The notes below the pieces were generated by a model, which worked only from the letters and a program-made list of their open reading frames with translations, searched no databases and was not told the DNA's origin. Made by a program: the position numbers and the translations under genes. Below are positions 17,041-25,413 of a stretch of DNA of 64,000 nt, piece by piece (the stretch's first letter is position 1; the number at the start of each line of letters is the position of its first letter). Source of the stretch: Chloroflexota bacterium. Its GTDB lineage: Bacteria; Chloroflexota; Dehalococcoidia; UBA2979. The stretch spans positions 6,885-70,884 of the forward strand of contig VXMU01000052.1 of assembly GCA_009840945.1 (NCBI GenBank), written 5' to 3'.

Positions 17041-18807
17041 CTACCAGAAGACAGGCGTCCCGAGCACGACCACGGCGATGACCGTGAGGGAGAGCGGCGC
17101 GCCGAGCCGCGCGTAGTCCGGGAACCGGTAGCCGCCCGGCCCGTAGACCATCATGTTCGTCTGGTAGCCGATCGGCGTGAGGAACGATGCCGAGGCGGTG
17201 ACCGCGATCGCGATCGCCGTGCTGCGCGTGTCGAGGCCAGCCGCCTCTGCTGCCGCGACCGCCACCGGGAACATGAGCACAGCCGCCGCGCTGTTCGTGA
17301 CCAGCTCCGTCAGCACGATCGTCGCGATGACCAGTGCGAGCAGCACGCCGCGCGGCCCGAGGCCCTCGAAGGCGTCGACGATGCCGATCGCGAACTCGTC
17401 GGCGAGCCCGGACTCGCGCACGGCGGCGGCGAGGCCGAACGCGGCCGCGATCGTCACCACGACGTCCAGGTCGATCGCGTTGCGCGCCTGGATCGGGCTC
17501 AGCACGCGCAGCCCGACGACCGCCAGCGCGGCCAGCAGGGCCGACTCGACCAGCGTCAGCACGCCCGTCGCGGCCAGCGCCACCATCGCGATGACGATGG
17601 GCGCCACCACCAGCGCCCGACGCTGCACACCCCGGCTCGTGATCTCGCCGACGCTCGATACGAGCAGGAAGTCGGGCTGCTCGGCCCACTGCATCTCGAA
17701 GTCGTCGTCGCTGATGAGCAACAGCGTGTCGCCGACGCGCATGCGGATGTCGCCGAGCTTCGCGTCGACGCGGAAGCCCGCGCGGTGCACGGCCACCACC
17801 GCGGCCTGGTAGCGCCCGCGGAACTCCGAGTCGCGCAGCGTCTGGCCCACCACCGGCGACTGCTGCCCCAGCACGACCTCGTAGATCGCGCCCGTGCCCG
17901 GGCCGAGCCGGGCAAGCTGGCCGTCCTCGCTCGACCGCAGGCCCGCCATGCCGTGCAGGTCGACCACGTCGTCGACGCGGCCGACGAAGCGCAGCCGGTC
18001 GTCGCCGCGCAGCACGGTCCGGGGCGACACCGGCGCGATGGTGTAGCCGGGGCGCTCGAGCTGTACGAGGAAGACGCCGTCCAGGCTGCGCAGGCCGCCC
18101 GCCTCGACCTCGACGCCGTCGAGGCGGCCCGCGCGCTCGACCACCATCTCCACGGTGTACTCGCGCGACGCCGCACCCAGGCTGCCTCGCGGACCGCTGC
18201 GGTCGGGCAGCACGAGCGGCGCGAGGACCACGATGACCACGAGGCCCACGACGGTGAGCGGCAGGCCTAGCTTCGCGACCTCGAAGAGCCCGATCGGGTC
18301 CATCCCCGCGCCCTCGACGAGCCCCGCCACGGCCACGGTCGTCGAGGTGCCGAGCACCGTCATCGTGCCGCCGAGGACGGCGGCGAACGACAGCGGCATC
18401 AGGTAGCGCGACGGCGGCGTGCCCTGGCGGTCGCTCCACTCCGAGACCGCCGGCGCGAGGATCGCCACGATCGAGGTGTTGCTGAGGAACGCCGATGCGC
18501 CGGCCGTCGGCGCCAGCAGGCGCACGCCCGCCTGCAGGAAGCTGCGCCCGCCGCCGAGCATCGTCGACAGCGCGGGCACGAGCGCGCCGGTCTCGTGCAC
18601 GGCACGCGCGACGACGAGCAGCGCGCCGACGGTAAACGGGGCGGGGTTGGCGAAGCCGGCGAGCGCCTGCTCGGGCTCGGTCACGCCTGCCGCCATCAGG
18701 ATCACGGCCGCCCCGAGCAGCGCCACGGAGGGCGGCGCGAAGCCGCGCAACATCGCGACGACGGTCATCGCGGTCACCGCGAGGGTGAGCCACGCGTCAG
18801 CGCTCAC
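17041..18807 (-). CDS. SLC13/DASS-family anion permease with two internal TrkA-C domains (putative sulfate/anion transporter)
   Basis: 588 aa. Hydrophobic N- and C-terminal halves flank two TrkA-C-like soluble repeats (VERAGRLDGVEVEAGGLRSLDGVFLVQLERPG...; LGQQSPVVGQTLRDSEFRGRYQAAVVAVHRAG...). Convergent with sat. Confidence 0.8.
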   Translation of the reverse strand: MSADAWLTLAVTAMTVVAMLRGFAPPSVALLGAAVILMAAGVTEPEQALAGFANPAPFTVGALLVVARAVHETGALVPALSTMLGGGRSFLQAGVRLLAPTAGASAFLSNTSIVAILAPAVSEWSDRQGTPPSRYLMPLSFAAVLGGTMTVLGTSTTVAVAGLVEGAGMDPIGLFEVAKLGLPLTVVGLVVIVVLAPLVLPDRSGPRGSLGAASREYTVEMVVERAGRLDGVEVEAGGLRSLDGVFLVQLERPGYTIAPVSPRTVLRGDDRLRFVGRVDDVVDLHGMAGLRSSEDGQLARLGPGTGAIYEVVLGQQSPVVGQTLRDSEFRGRYQAAVVAVHRAGFRVDAKLGDIRMRVGDTLLLISDDDFEMQWAEQPDFLLVSSVGEITSRGVQRRALVVAPIVIAMVALAATGVLTLVESALLAALAVVGLRVLSPIQARNAIDLDVVVTIAAAFGLAAAVRESGLADEFAIGIVDAFEGLGPRGVLLALVIATIVLTELVTNSAAAVLMFPVAVAAAEAAGLDTRSTAIAIAVTASASFLTPIGYQTNMMVYGPGGYRFPDYARLGAPLSLTVIAVVVLGTPVFW

Positions 18808-18930
18808 GCCCGCGCCTCGCCGTCACTGCCGGCTGCCATGCCGCACAGGGTACGACCGGCGATGCCGCGCCTGACAGACCCTCGGTCGCGTCGGGCAGAC
18901 GGTTGGTCACGTCGGGCGGGCGGTTGGTCG

Positions 18931-20013
18931 CTACGCGGGCGGGTCGTCGTGCGCGGCGAGCGCGGCCTTCACGCGGTCGATGGGCGCCACCTCGAACGGG
19001 TCGACGCCGTTGAGCAGCGCGAGGTAGTACGACACCCAGTCGCCGATGTACGCCGCGTGCAGCACCGAGTCGAGCCCGCCGGAGCCCTCGACGTACACGA
19101 CCTCGGAGGAGACGTCCGCCCGCTGGAGCTCGGACGCCGTGACCTCCACGCGGCGACGGTTGCGCGCGTGCAGCCCGTCCCCGTCGAGGAGCACCACGTG
19201 CAGCCGCTCGACCGCCTCCCGCGGTCGCGCGAACCCGGCGACGAGGTTGTGGTCGAGCTCGGGGAGCTCCGCCGACACGGCCCACTGGCTCGCGTTCTCG
19301 GGGATCACGCCCGCCCACCGCGAGGCGGCGACCCGCAGCACGCCGGGACCGACGACGACCGGGATACGCCCGGCAAGGCGCCCGGCGATCTGCTTCGGGA
19401 GGTTCGAGGACGTCGGCACGTCGGGGTCCGCGGCCTCGCTACAGCGGTTGAGCAGCGTGATCGCGGCTGCGACCTCGCCGTCGCCCACCTTAAGTACGCC
19501 GGCCCGGCGCAGCAGAGCGAGCAACGGGAGCACGCTGTAGCCGAGGGCTGTCCGTGGCGGGCCCGCGAAGGCGAACGAGAACGTGGGCACACCAGCGTCC
19601 GCGGCGCGGTCGCCGAGCTTGCCGCCGGTGGTGATCGCGACGCGCGCGGCCCCCTGCGAGCCGGCCGCGTCGAAGGCCGTCAGGACCTCCTCGGTGTTGC
19701 CGGAGAACGAGCAGGCGACGAAGAGCGAGCCGGCGTCGAGCGCCGGCGGGGTGTAGTCGCGCAGCACCTCGATGGGCGTGGCGGAGCGTGTCGAGCCGAG
19801 GGCTGCCACCATCTCCGCGCCGATGGCCGACCCGCCCATGCCGGCGACCACCACGCGGCGCGGCGCGAGCAGGGTCAGCGACGAGGCCCACTCGCGGCCG
19901 GCGTCCCACGCCGCGATGGCCTGCCGGGGCAGTCCGGCGACGAGCTGGCCGAACGCGCCGGGATCGATCCCGGCGCGCCTTGCGGTATCGTCCAGCACGG
20001 CGTCGTCGCCCAC
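18931..20013 (-). CDS. SIS-domain bifunctional phosphoglucose/phosphomannose isomerase family protein
   Basis: 360 aa with SIS-domain motifs (VVVAGMGGSAIGAEM..., VACSFSGNTEE). Confidence 0.7.
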   Translation of the reverse strand: MGDDAVLDDTARRAGIDPGAFGQLVAGLPRQAIAAWDAGREWASSLTLLAPRRVVVAGMGGSAIGAEMVAALGSTRSATPIEVLRDYTPPALDAGSLFVACSFSGNTEEVLTAFDAAGSQGAARVAITTGGKLGDRAADAGVPTFSFAFAGPPRTALGYSVLPLLALLRRAGVLKVGDGEVAAAITLLNRCSEAADPDVPTSSNLPKQIAGRLAGRIPVVVGPGVLRVAASRWAGVIPENASQWAVSAELPELDHNLVAGFARPREAVERLHVVLLDGDGLHARNRRRVEVTASELQRADVSSEVVYVEGSGGLDSVLHAAYIGDWVSYYLALLNGVDPFEVAPIDRVKAALAAHDDPPA

Positions 20014-20081
20014 GGCGGCCCCTCACCAGCGCACGCGACAGCGTAGAGAGGCCGCCCGTTACGCGCGCTCCCCGGCCGTCG

Positions 20082-20549
20082 TCAGAGGGCGAGCGCCTCC
20101 GCCTCCTCGCGCAGGCGTCGCAGGCTCCACATGGCGTCGAGGTCGCGCTCGTTGATCTCGTGGACGTAGTCGGCCAGCGAGACGTCGCCGCGGTACGGGT
20201 GCGTGCCGTGGTGGTCCCACGCCGACCCGGCCCACTCCAGCTCCCAGAGCAGCTCCTGGCGGAGCCCCGCGAAGTCCCACACCAGATCGTGGACCGACGC
20301 CGCCCTGTACCCGCCCTCGCCCGGCCCGAGGTGGGCGCGACGCTCGGCCAGCCGAGCACCGTCACGGCGCACCATCGCCTGCACCGCGCGCAGGTCCTCG
20401 CGCTCCGAGTCGCGCAGGAAGCCGACGGTCTCGACGATGGACCACACCTCGCGCAGACCCTCGCCCGGCGGACGGCGCTGCAGCGCCTCCTCGGGCAGCC
20501 CGGAGACCAGTTCACCGACCTCGTGGGCGACCTCGCGCAGCGCCTTCAT
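20082..20549 (-). CDS. DinB/YfiT-like (DinB_2/DUF664) metal-dependent protein; start uncertain
   Basis: 155 aa from ATG 20549 (MKALREVAHEVGELVSGLPEE...WDHHGTHPYRGDVSLADYVHEINERDLDAM). The upstream 79 codons of the long ORF look non-coding. Confidence 0.4.
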   Translation of the reverse strand: MKALREVAHEVGELVSGLPEEALQRRPPGEGLREVWSIVETVGFLRDSEREDLRAVQAMVRRDGARLAERRAHLGPGEGGYRAASVHDLVWDFAGLRQELLWELEWAGSAWDHHGTHPYRGDVSLADYVHEINERDLDAMWSLRRLREEAEALAL

Positions 20550-20682
20550 GAGCCAGCGCTGGTTCGAGCCGTAGCGACGCGTCGAGGGTGGCACGTCGCG
20601 ATCGTTGGCGCGGCGCGCCCGGCCTGTCAATGCGCCCCGACGCCGCGTTGACCGCGACTGCTGATGCGGCCAACCTCGCCGC

Positions 20683-21516
20683 ATGAGCGCCGACACGCTG
20701 CCGTACACCGTCCTCATCCTCCTCGTGGAGCTGGCCGTCGGATCGCTCGTCTTCGTCACGTGGTTCGAGCGGCGTGGGCAGATCACGCACGGCTACGTGC
20801 AGATGGGCGGCGTGGTCGTCGTGCCCACGCTCCTGCTCGCCATCGTCATCGCCTTCGCGATCTCCCCCGTCGACGTCATCGACGGGTTCACGCTGCGCTC
20901 TGGCGCCGTCGGGGCGCTGCGAGTGGCGCTGCTCGTCTTCATGGCAATCGCCCTCGTGAACCTCGTCGCGGCGTTCGCCGAGCGGATGCCGGTGGCGAGG
21001 TGGTCCGGGGTCCTCGGCGGCGCCTGGGGCGTCGTCACGCTCGCGATCCTCGCGGTACTCGTCGCCGGGCCGGCCTGGTCGTACGTGGGCGTGCTGGGGA
21101 GCATGCTCGCGGCCTCGGTCGCCCTCGGCGGCTCGATGATGGCGATGAGCTGGGGCCACTGGTACCTGACGAACTCCGGGCTCCCGAAGGAGCCGCTCGA
21201 GGAGATGTCGCTGGTGGTGCTGGGCGCGCTCGTGGCGCAGGCGGCGTTCGCGGTCGTCGCGGCGGCCGCGCCGGTGCGCGAGGTGCCGCTCACGCAGACC
21301 GCGTTCGGGGTAGCACTGGGCGAGAATCCGGCGTTCTGGTTCCGCGTCGGCGTCGGGCTGATCTTCCCCGCCGTGCTGGCGTGGCTGGCGTGGAGGGCGG
21401 CCGCGATCCGCGGCATGATGGCCGCCACCGGCCTACTCTACATCGCCGTCGGCGCCGTCCTCACCGGCGAGGTCCTTGCGCGCGGCCTGCTGTTCGCGAC
21501 GGGCGCCGCCGTCTGA
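20683..21516 (+). CDS. Polytopic integral membrane protein, unknown function
   Basis: 277 aa with about 8 hydrophobic helices. Divergent from the DinB-like gene. Confidence 0.6.
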   Translation: MSADTLPYTVLILLVELAVGSLVFVTWFERRGQITHGYVQMGGVVVVPTLLLAIVIAFAISPVDVIDGFTLRSGAVGALRVALLVFMAIALVNLVAAFAERMPVARWSGVLGGAWGVVTLAILAVLVAGPAWSYVGVLGSMLAASVALGGSMMAMSWGHWYLTNSGLPKEPLEEMSLVVLGALVAQAAFAVVAAAAPVREVPLTQTAFGVALGENPAFWFRVGVGLIFPAVLAWLAWRAAAIRGMMAATGLLYIAVGAVLTGEVLARGLLFATGAAV

Positions 21517-21520
21517 GGAT

Positions 21521-21547
21521 GGAACCGTTTCCGGTCGCCGTGCGTAT
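21521..21547 (+). promoter_or_regulatory. Putative ECF-type promoter (GGAAC-N17-CGTA) upstream of the ECF sigma gene
   Basis: GGAAC at 21521-21525 and CGTAT at 21543-21547, separated by 17 nt, about 70 nt upstream of the sigma start. This is the classic AAC/CGT ECF -35/-10 pattern. Confidence 0.45.
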
Positions 21548-21616
21548 AAGGGAGTAGACGGCGCACGGGGCGTCGTACAATATCCCTGCCTCCCTCGCAC
21601 GAATCCGGGGGGCCGT

Positions 21617-22303
21617 ATGGCCGAAGCGCAGTCCCGAGTCGCCCAGCTCCCCGCATCCCTTGCCGCCGCACGCGCCGAGCGCCAGGCGGCCGAGTCGCGC
21701 CAGCCCGCACCCGCCACCGACGACCAACTGCTGCGCCGGCTCCGGTCGGGGCAGATCGAGGCGCTCGAGCAGCTCTACGACCGCTACTCGACCCTCGTCT
21801 ACTCGGTCGCGCTGCGCGTGCTGCACGACCAGGGCCTCGCCGAGGACATGACGCAGGAGGTCTTCCTGCGGCTCTGGCGCCGTCCTCGCATGTACGACCC
21901 CTCGCGCGGCCGCTTTGTGAGCTGGCTGATGTCCGTCACGCGCAACCGCGCGATCGACGAGCAGCGCCGCCGCGCCCGCCGCCTGCGCGAGGAGGGCGGT
22001 GACAGCGAGGTGGTCCAGGCGGTGCCCAGCACCGACCGCCTCGACGACCCCTCGGCGGTCGCCGCGCTGAGTGACGAGCGCGCGGCCGTGCGCGCCGCCG
22101 TCGAGCAGTTGCCGCCGACGCAGCGGCGCGTGATCGAGCTGGCATACTTCGCCGGGATGACGCAGGCAGAGATCGCGGAGGCGACCTCCACGCCCATCGG
22201 CACCGTGAAGACCCGTGTGCGCCTCGCCATGCGCAAGCTGCGCGAGGCGCTCCAGCAGGCCAGACCGCAACCGCTGAGCGAGGTGTCGCGGAGCAGACCA
22301 TGA
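21617..22303 (+). CDS. ECF-subfamily RNA polymerase sigma-70 factor
   Basis: Region 2 (LVYSVALRVLHDQGLAEDMTQEVFLRLW) and region 4 (QRRVIELAYFAGMTQAEIAEATSTPIGTVKTRV). 228 aa. Confidence 0.85.
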   Translation: MAEAQSRVAQLPASLAAARAERQAAESRQPAPATDDQLLRRLRSGQIEALEQLYDRYSTLVYSVALRVLHDQGLAEDMTQEVFLRLWRRPRMYDPSRGRFVSWLMSVTRNRAIDEQRRRARRLREEGGDSEVVQAVPSTDRLDDPSAVAALSDERAAVRAAVEQLPPTQRRVIELAYFAGMTQAEIAEATSTPIGTVKTRVRLAMRKLREALQQARPQPLSEVSRSRP

Positions 22304-23133
22304 GACCGGAAGAGCGCGAAGAGCTGCTGGCCGCGTACGCGCTCGACGCGCTGAGCGGCCCCGAGGCCGACGAGGTCGAGGCGCTGGTCGCCGCCGACGC
22401 GGAGGCCGCCGAGCAGCTTGCCGCCTACCGCGAGATCGCCGACCTGATCGGCCTCGAGGCGCCGTTGCGCCGCACCGACCCCGCGTTGCGCGACCGCATG
22501 CTGCAGTCGGCGCAGCGCATGCGCCCCACGCCGACCCGCCGGTTCCCGGTGCTGCGCGTCGCGGCGATCGCGGCCTCGCTCGCCGTCGTCGCCATCGCCG
22601 TGAGCTGGGGCGTGCGCCTCCAGGGCACCATCGACACCCTGCAGGAGGAGTCCGCGTCACTCGCCGCGACCATCGCCGCCGACGCCCAACGCCTCGACGC
22701 CATCGAGACCGAGCGCGTGGGCAGCGGCGGCGACGAGGCGGTCCGCAACGAGTTGCAGACCACGCTCGAGGCCCATCAGCGCATCATCGCGATCCTCGCC
22801 GACCCCAACGTGCAGGAGGCGCCGCTGGAGAGCACCACCGCCGGCCGAGGGGCGAAGGGGCGCTACCTGTGGAGCGCGGATCTCGGCGCCGGCGTGGTGA
22901 TCGCGCAGCAACTGCCCCCGCTCCCCATCGGCACCGTCTACGAGCTGTGGCTCATCGAGGGCTTCGACGAGGTCTCGGGCGGGACGTTCGTCCCGACCCC
23001 CGACGGCGACGCACAGGTACTGATCGAGCTGGACTTCGAGTTCAACCCATTCTCGGTCGCAATCACGCCCGCCCCCGTCGGCGGCTCGGACGCCATGCCC
23101 ACGCCGATCGTGCTCTCAGGCTGGGTGCCGTAG
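22300..23133 (+). CDS. Anti-sigma factor (RskA-like, single transmembrane segment)
   Basis: Overlaps the sigma stop (ATGA). N-terminal anti-sigma domain (EELLAAYALDALSGPEADEVEA), TM helix VAAIAASLAVVAIAVSW, C-terminal extracytoplasmic domain. Confidence 0.7.
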   Translation: MRPEEREELLAAYALDALSGPEADEVEALVAADAEAAEQLAAYREIADLIGLEAPLRRTDPALRDRMLQSAQRMRPTPTRRFPVLRVAAIAASLAVVAIAVSWGVRLQGTIDTLQEESASLAATIAADAQRLDAIETERVGSGGDEAVRNELQTTLEAHQRIIAILADPNVQEAPLESTTAGRGAKGRYLWSADLGAGVVIAQQLPPLPIGTVYELWLIEGFDEVSGGTFVPTPDGDAQVLIELDFEFNPFSVAITPAPVGGSDAMPTPIVLSGWVP

Positions 23134-23427
23134 CGCCCCCTCCCCTCGACGCCTGCTCCGCGAGTCCGGCCCCCTCTCCCGCAGTGCGGGGGAGGGTTGG
23201 GGTGAGGGTCCGGCGAGCTCCTCGATGCGTCCATGCACCCCGCAGACCCCCCCTCACCGTCACCCTCTCCCCCGCCGTCGGGCTGGGTCGGAGAGCCGGG
23301 GCAAGCCCCCGCTCTCCTCGACGCGGGGATACCCCGCGGGTGAGGCGCGGGGATCAGAGTCCGGTTCCCTCTCCCGCATTGCGGGAGAGGGCGGAGGGTG
23401 AGGGTCCGGTAGGCTCCTCGATAGCTG
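23134..23427. repeat. Cluster of REP/MITE-like hairpin repeats (A-type, B-type, A-type)
   Basis: 23134-23230 and 23362-23425 match the A-type unit at 7027-7095 (ccctctcccgca[g/t]tgcggg[g]gagggttggggtgagggtccgg). 23238-23360 is a B-type-related unit with nested hairpins (gagagccgggg/cccccgctctc; cgcgggg-ata-ccccgcg). Lies between convergent gene ends. Confidence 0.7.
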
Positions 23428-23480
23428 GCGCGCGTGCGCAGACTCTCCTCGGCCTGGACGAGGGGTAGGGAAAGTCGCCG

Positions 23481-24704
23481 TTACGAAGCTTCCTCGACGG
23501 CGGGGGCTGCCTCCTCGGCGCCCTCGGCACCTTCGGTGGCCTCGGCATCCGGCTCCGAGGGCTCACCAGCCTCCTCGTCGTCCTCATCGTCGAGGCCGAA
23601 GTGGGCCGCGACGTGGGTACGCGACATTGCCTCGCGGGGGGCGAGGCCACTGAAGCGGTGGTCGGCGTACCAGAACAGCTCACGGAGCAGCGCCACCAGC
23701 GGGATGATCACCACCAGCGCGATGAACCCGAACACCGTGCCAGCGATCGCGAGCAGCATGATGATCACCGCGGGATGCAGGTCGACCGCGTGGCCCTGCA
23801 CGCGGGGCACCAGCAGGTGGTTCTCCACCTGCTGCACCAGCACGTAGAGCAGCAGCACCCAGATGATCTTGTCGGGATCGGTCGCCGCGACGATCAGCAC
23901 GGCCGGCAGAGCGCCGATGAACGGCCCGACGATCGGGATCAGCTCGGCGACCCCCGCGAAGACCGCGAGCGCGATCGCGAGGTCCACGTCGAGGAACGTG
24001 AGCCCGATGAACGTCGCCACGCCCACGAGGAAGCCGAGCAGCAGCTGGCCCCTCAGGTAGCGCCCGATGAGCTGATCCGCGATGCGGACGCCGTTGAGCA
24101 CGTCCGGCTGCACCGGCTCCGGGACGGCGGCGGCGAAGTTGCGCTCGAAGTTGTGACGGTCGCGCAGCGCGTAGAACATCCAGATCGGCACGACCACGAA
24201 GCCGGCGATCACCGCGATCCAGCCCGTGAGCGACTCGAACACCGGGGCGCCGGCCGACGCGATGCGATGGCCGAGGTCGTCGCCGAACTCGGCCGCGTAC
24301 TCATCGATGCGCTCGCGGATGTCCTCCGGGACGCGCTCGCGGTAGACCTCGAGCCAGACGTTGACCTGCGCCTGCGTGTCGTCGATGTGGGCGGGGAGGT
24401 CGTCGACGAACTGTGAGATCTCGTCGGCGGCGACCGGGACCACCGCCACGCCCGCGCCGGCGAGCACGCCGGCGATCGCCAGGTAGACCAGCACCACCGC
24501 GAAGCCTCGGAGCACCACGTTGTCCCGGCGCGAGTGCCAGGGCACGAGGCCCGCGAGGCGATCCACCACGGGCGTGAGCACGTACGCGAAGAGCGCGCCG
24601 ATCGAGAACGGCAGCAGCGCCCAGCGCGCCTGCCACGCGACCCAGGCCACCAGGAGCAACATGCCGGCCCACAGGGCGATCCGCCATCGAGCAGCCGTCA
24701 TCAC
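23481..24704 (-). CDS. AI-2E-family (PerM/YhhT, UPF0118) transporter
   Basis: 407 aa polytopic membrane protein with typical AI-2E organisation and an acidic C-terminal tail. Confidence 0.8.
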   Translation of the reverse strand: MMTAARWRIALWAGMLLLVAWVAWQARWALLPFSIGALFAYVLTPVVDRLAGLVPWHSRRDNVVLRGFAVVLVYLAIAGVLAGAGVAVVPVAADEISQFVDDLPAHIDDTQAQVNVWLEVYRERVPEDIRERIDEYAAEFGDDLGHRIASAGAPVFESLTGWIAVIAGFVVVPIWMFYALRDRHNFERNFAAAVPEPVQPDVLNGVRIADQLIGRYLRGQLLLGFLVGVATFIGLTFLDVDLAIALAVFAGVAELIPIVGPFIGALPAVLIVAATDPDKIIWVLLLYVLVQQVENHLLVPRVQGHAVDLHPAVIIMLLAIAGTVFGFIALVVIIPLVALLRELFWYADHRFSGLAPREAMSRTHVAAHFGLDDEDDEEAGEPSEPDAEATEGAEGAEEAAPAVEEAS

Positions 24705-24818
24705 GCCATCGCCGCCTTCATCCCCGCCGCGCGCGCCTCATTGTGACGGATTCATGCTCCGCGTTGACAGGCCCCCGGGAAGCGGCCACGATCAGAGGTG
24801 ACTGAAGGAGGACACTCC

Positions 24819-25250
24819 ATGGTCACCACCGAAGCGCTGGAGGTACGCCTCGCCGACTCCGGCTATCGCATCACCGAGCCGCGACGGGCCCTCATCGACG
24901 CCATGCGGGACCTCGGCGACCACTTCACCGCCGAGGAGCTCCTGCAGGCCACCCCCGGCGTCGGGCGCGCGACGGTGTTCCGGACCCTGCGCCTGCTCCT
25001 GGACCTCGGGGCACTGTGCCACGTGGTGATGGAGACCGGGACGGTGGGCTACCGGCTCACCAGCGAGGGGCACCACCACCACATCGTCTGCTCTGGCTGC
25101 GGCGCCATGAGCGACTTCGCGACGTGCGACATCCAGGACCTGCTGGACGAACTGCACCGCCGCACCGGCTACGAGATCCAGGCGCACCGCCTGGAGGTCT
25201 ACGGCCTCTGCTCGGACTGTCGCCTGCCACTCCAGGCGTCCACGAGCTAA
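24819..25250 (+). CDS. zur: Fur-family metalloregulator, probably zinc uptake regulator Zur
   Basis: 143 aa with a winged-helix DNA-binding region and HHHHIVCSGCG...CSDC metal sites. ATG preceded by GAAGGAGG. Directly upstream of znuACB. Confidence 0.8.
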   Translation: MVTTEALEVRLADSGYRITEPRRALIDAMRDLGDHFTAEELLQATPGVGRATVFRTLRLLLDLGALCHVVMETGTVGYRLTSEGHHHHIVCSGCGAMSDFATCDIQDLLDELHRRTGYEIQAHRLEVYGLCSDCRLPLQASTS

Positions 25251-25413
25251 CCGGGCTGCCTCGCGCCCGTATCGCCTCCTCGGGCCGCCTCGCGAGCGCC
25301 TGCCCTCGAGTTCGCACGCGTGAGCCATGCTGATACTTGGTATTTGACCGCCCTATCGAGACCGCGTACCGTTCGTCGACTGACGCGCGACCACGTATCC
25401 ATGAAGGGCACTC

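Noticed and set aside
20550-20786. N-terminal 79-codon extension of the DinB-like ORF
   Set aside because: Composition is unlike the C-terminal domain (R/S/T-rich). It would overlap the divergent promoter of the membrane-protein gene at 20683. DinB-family proteins are about 150-170 aa.
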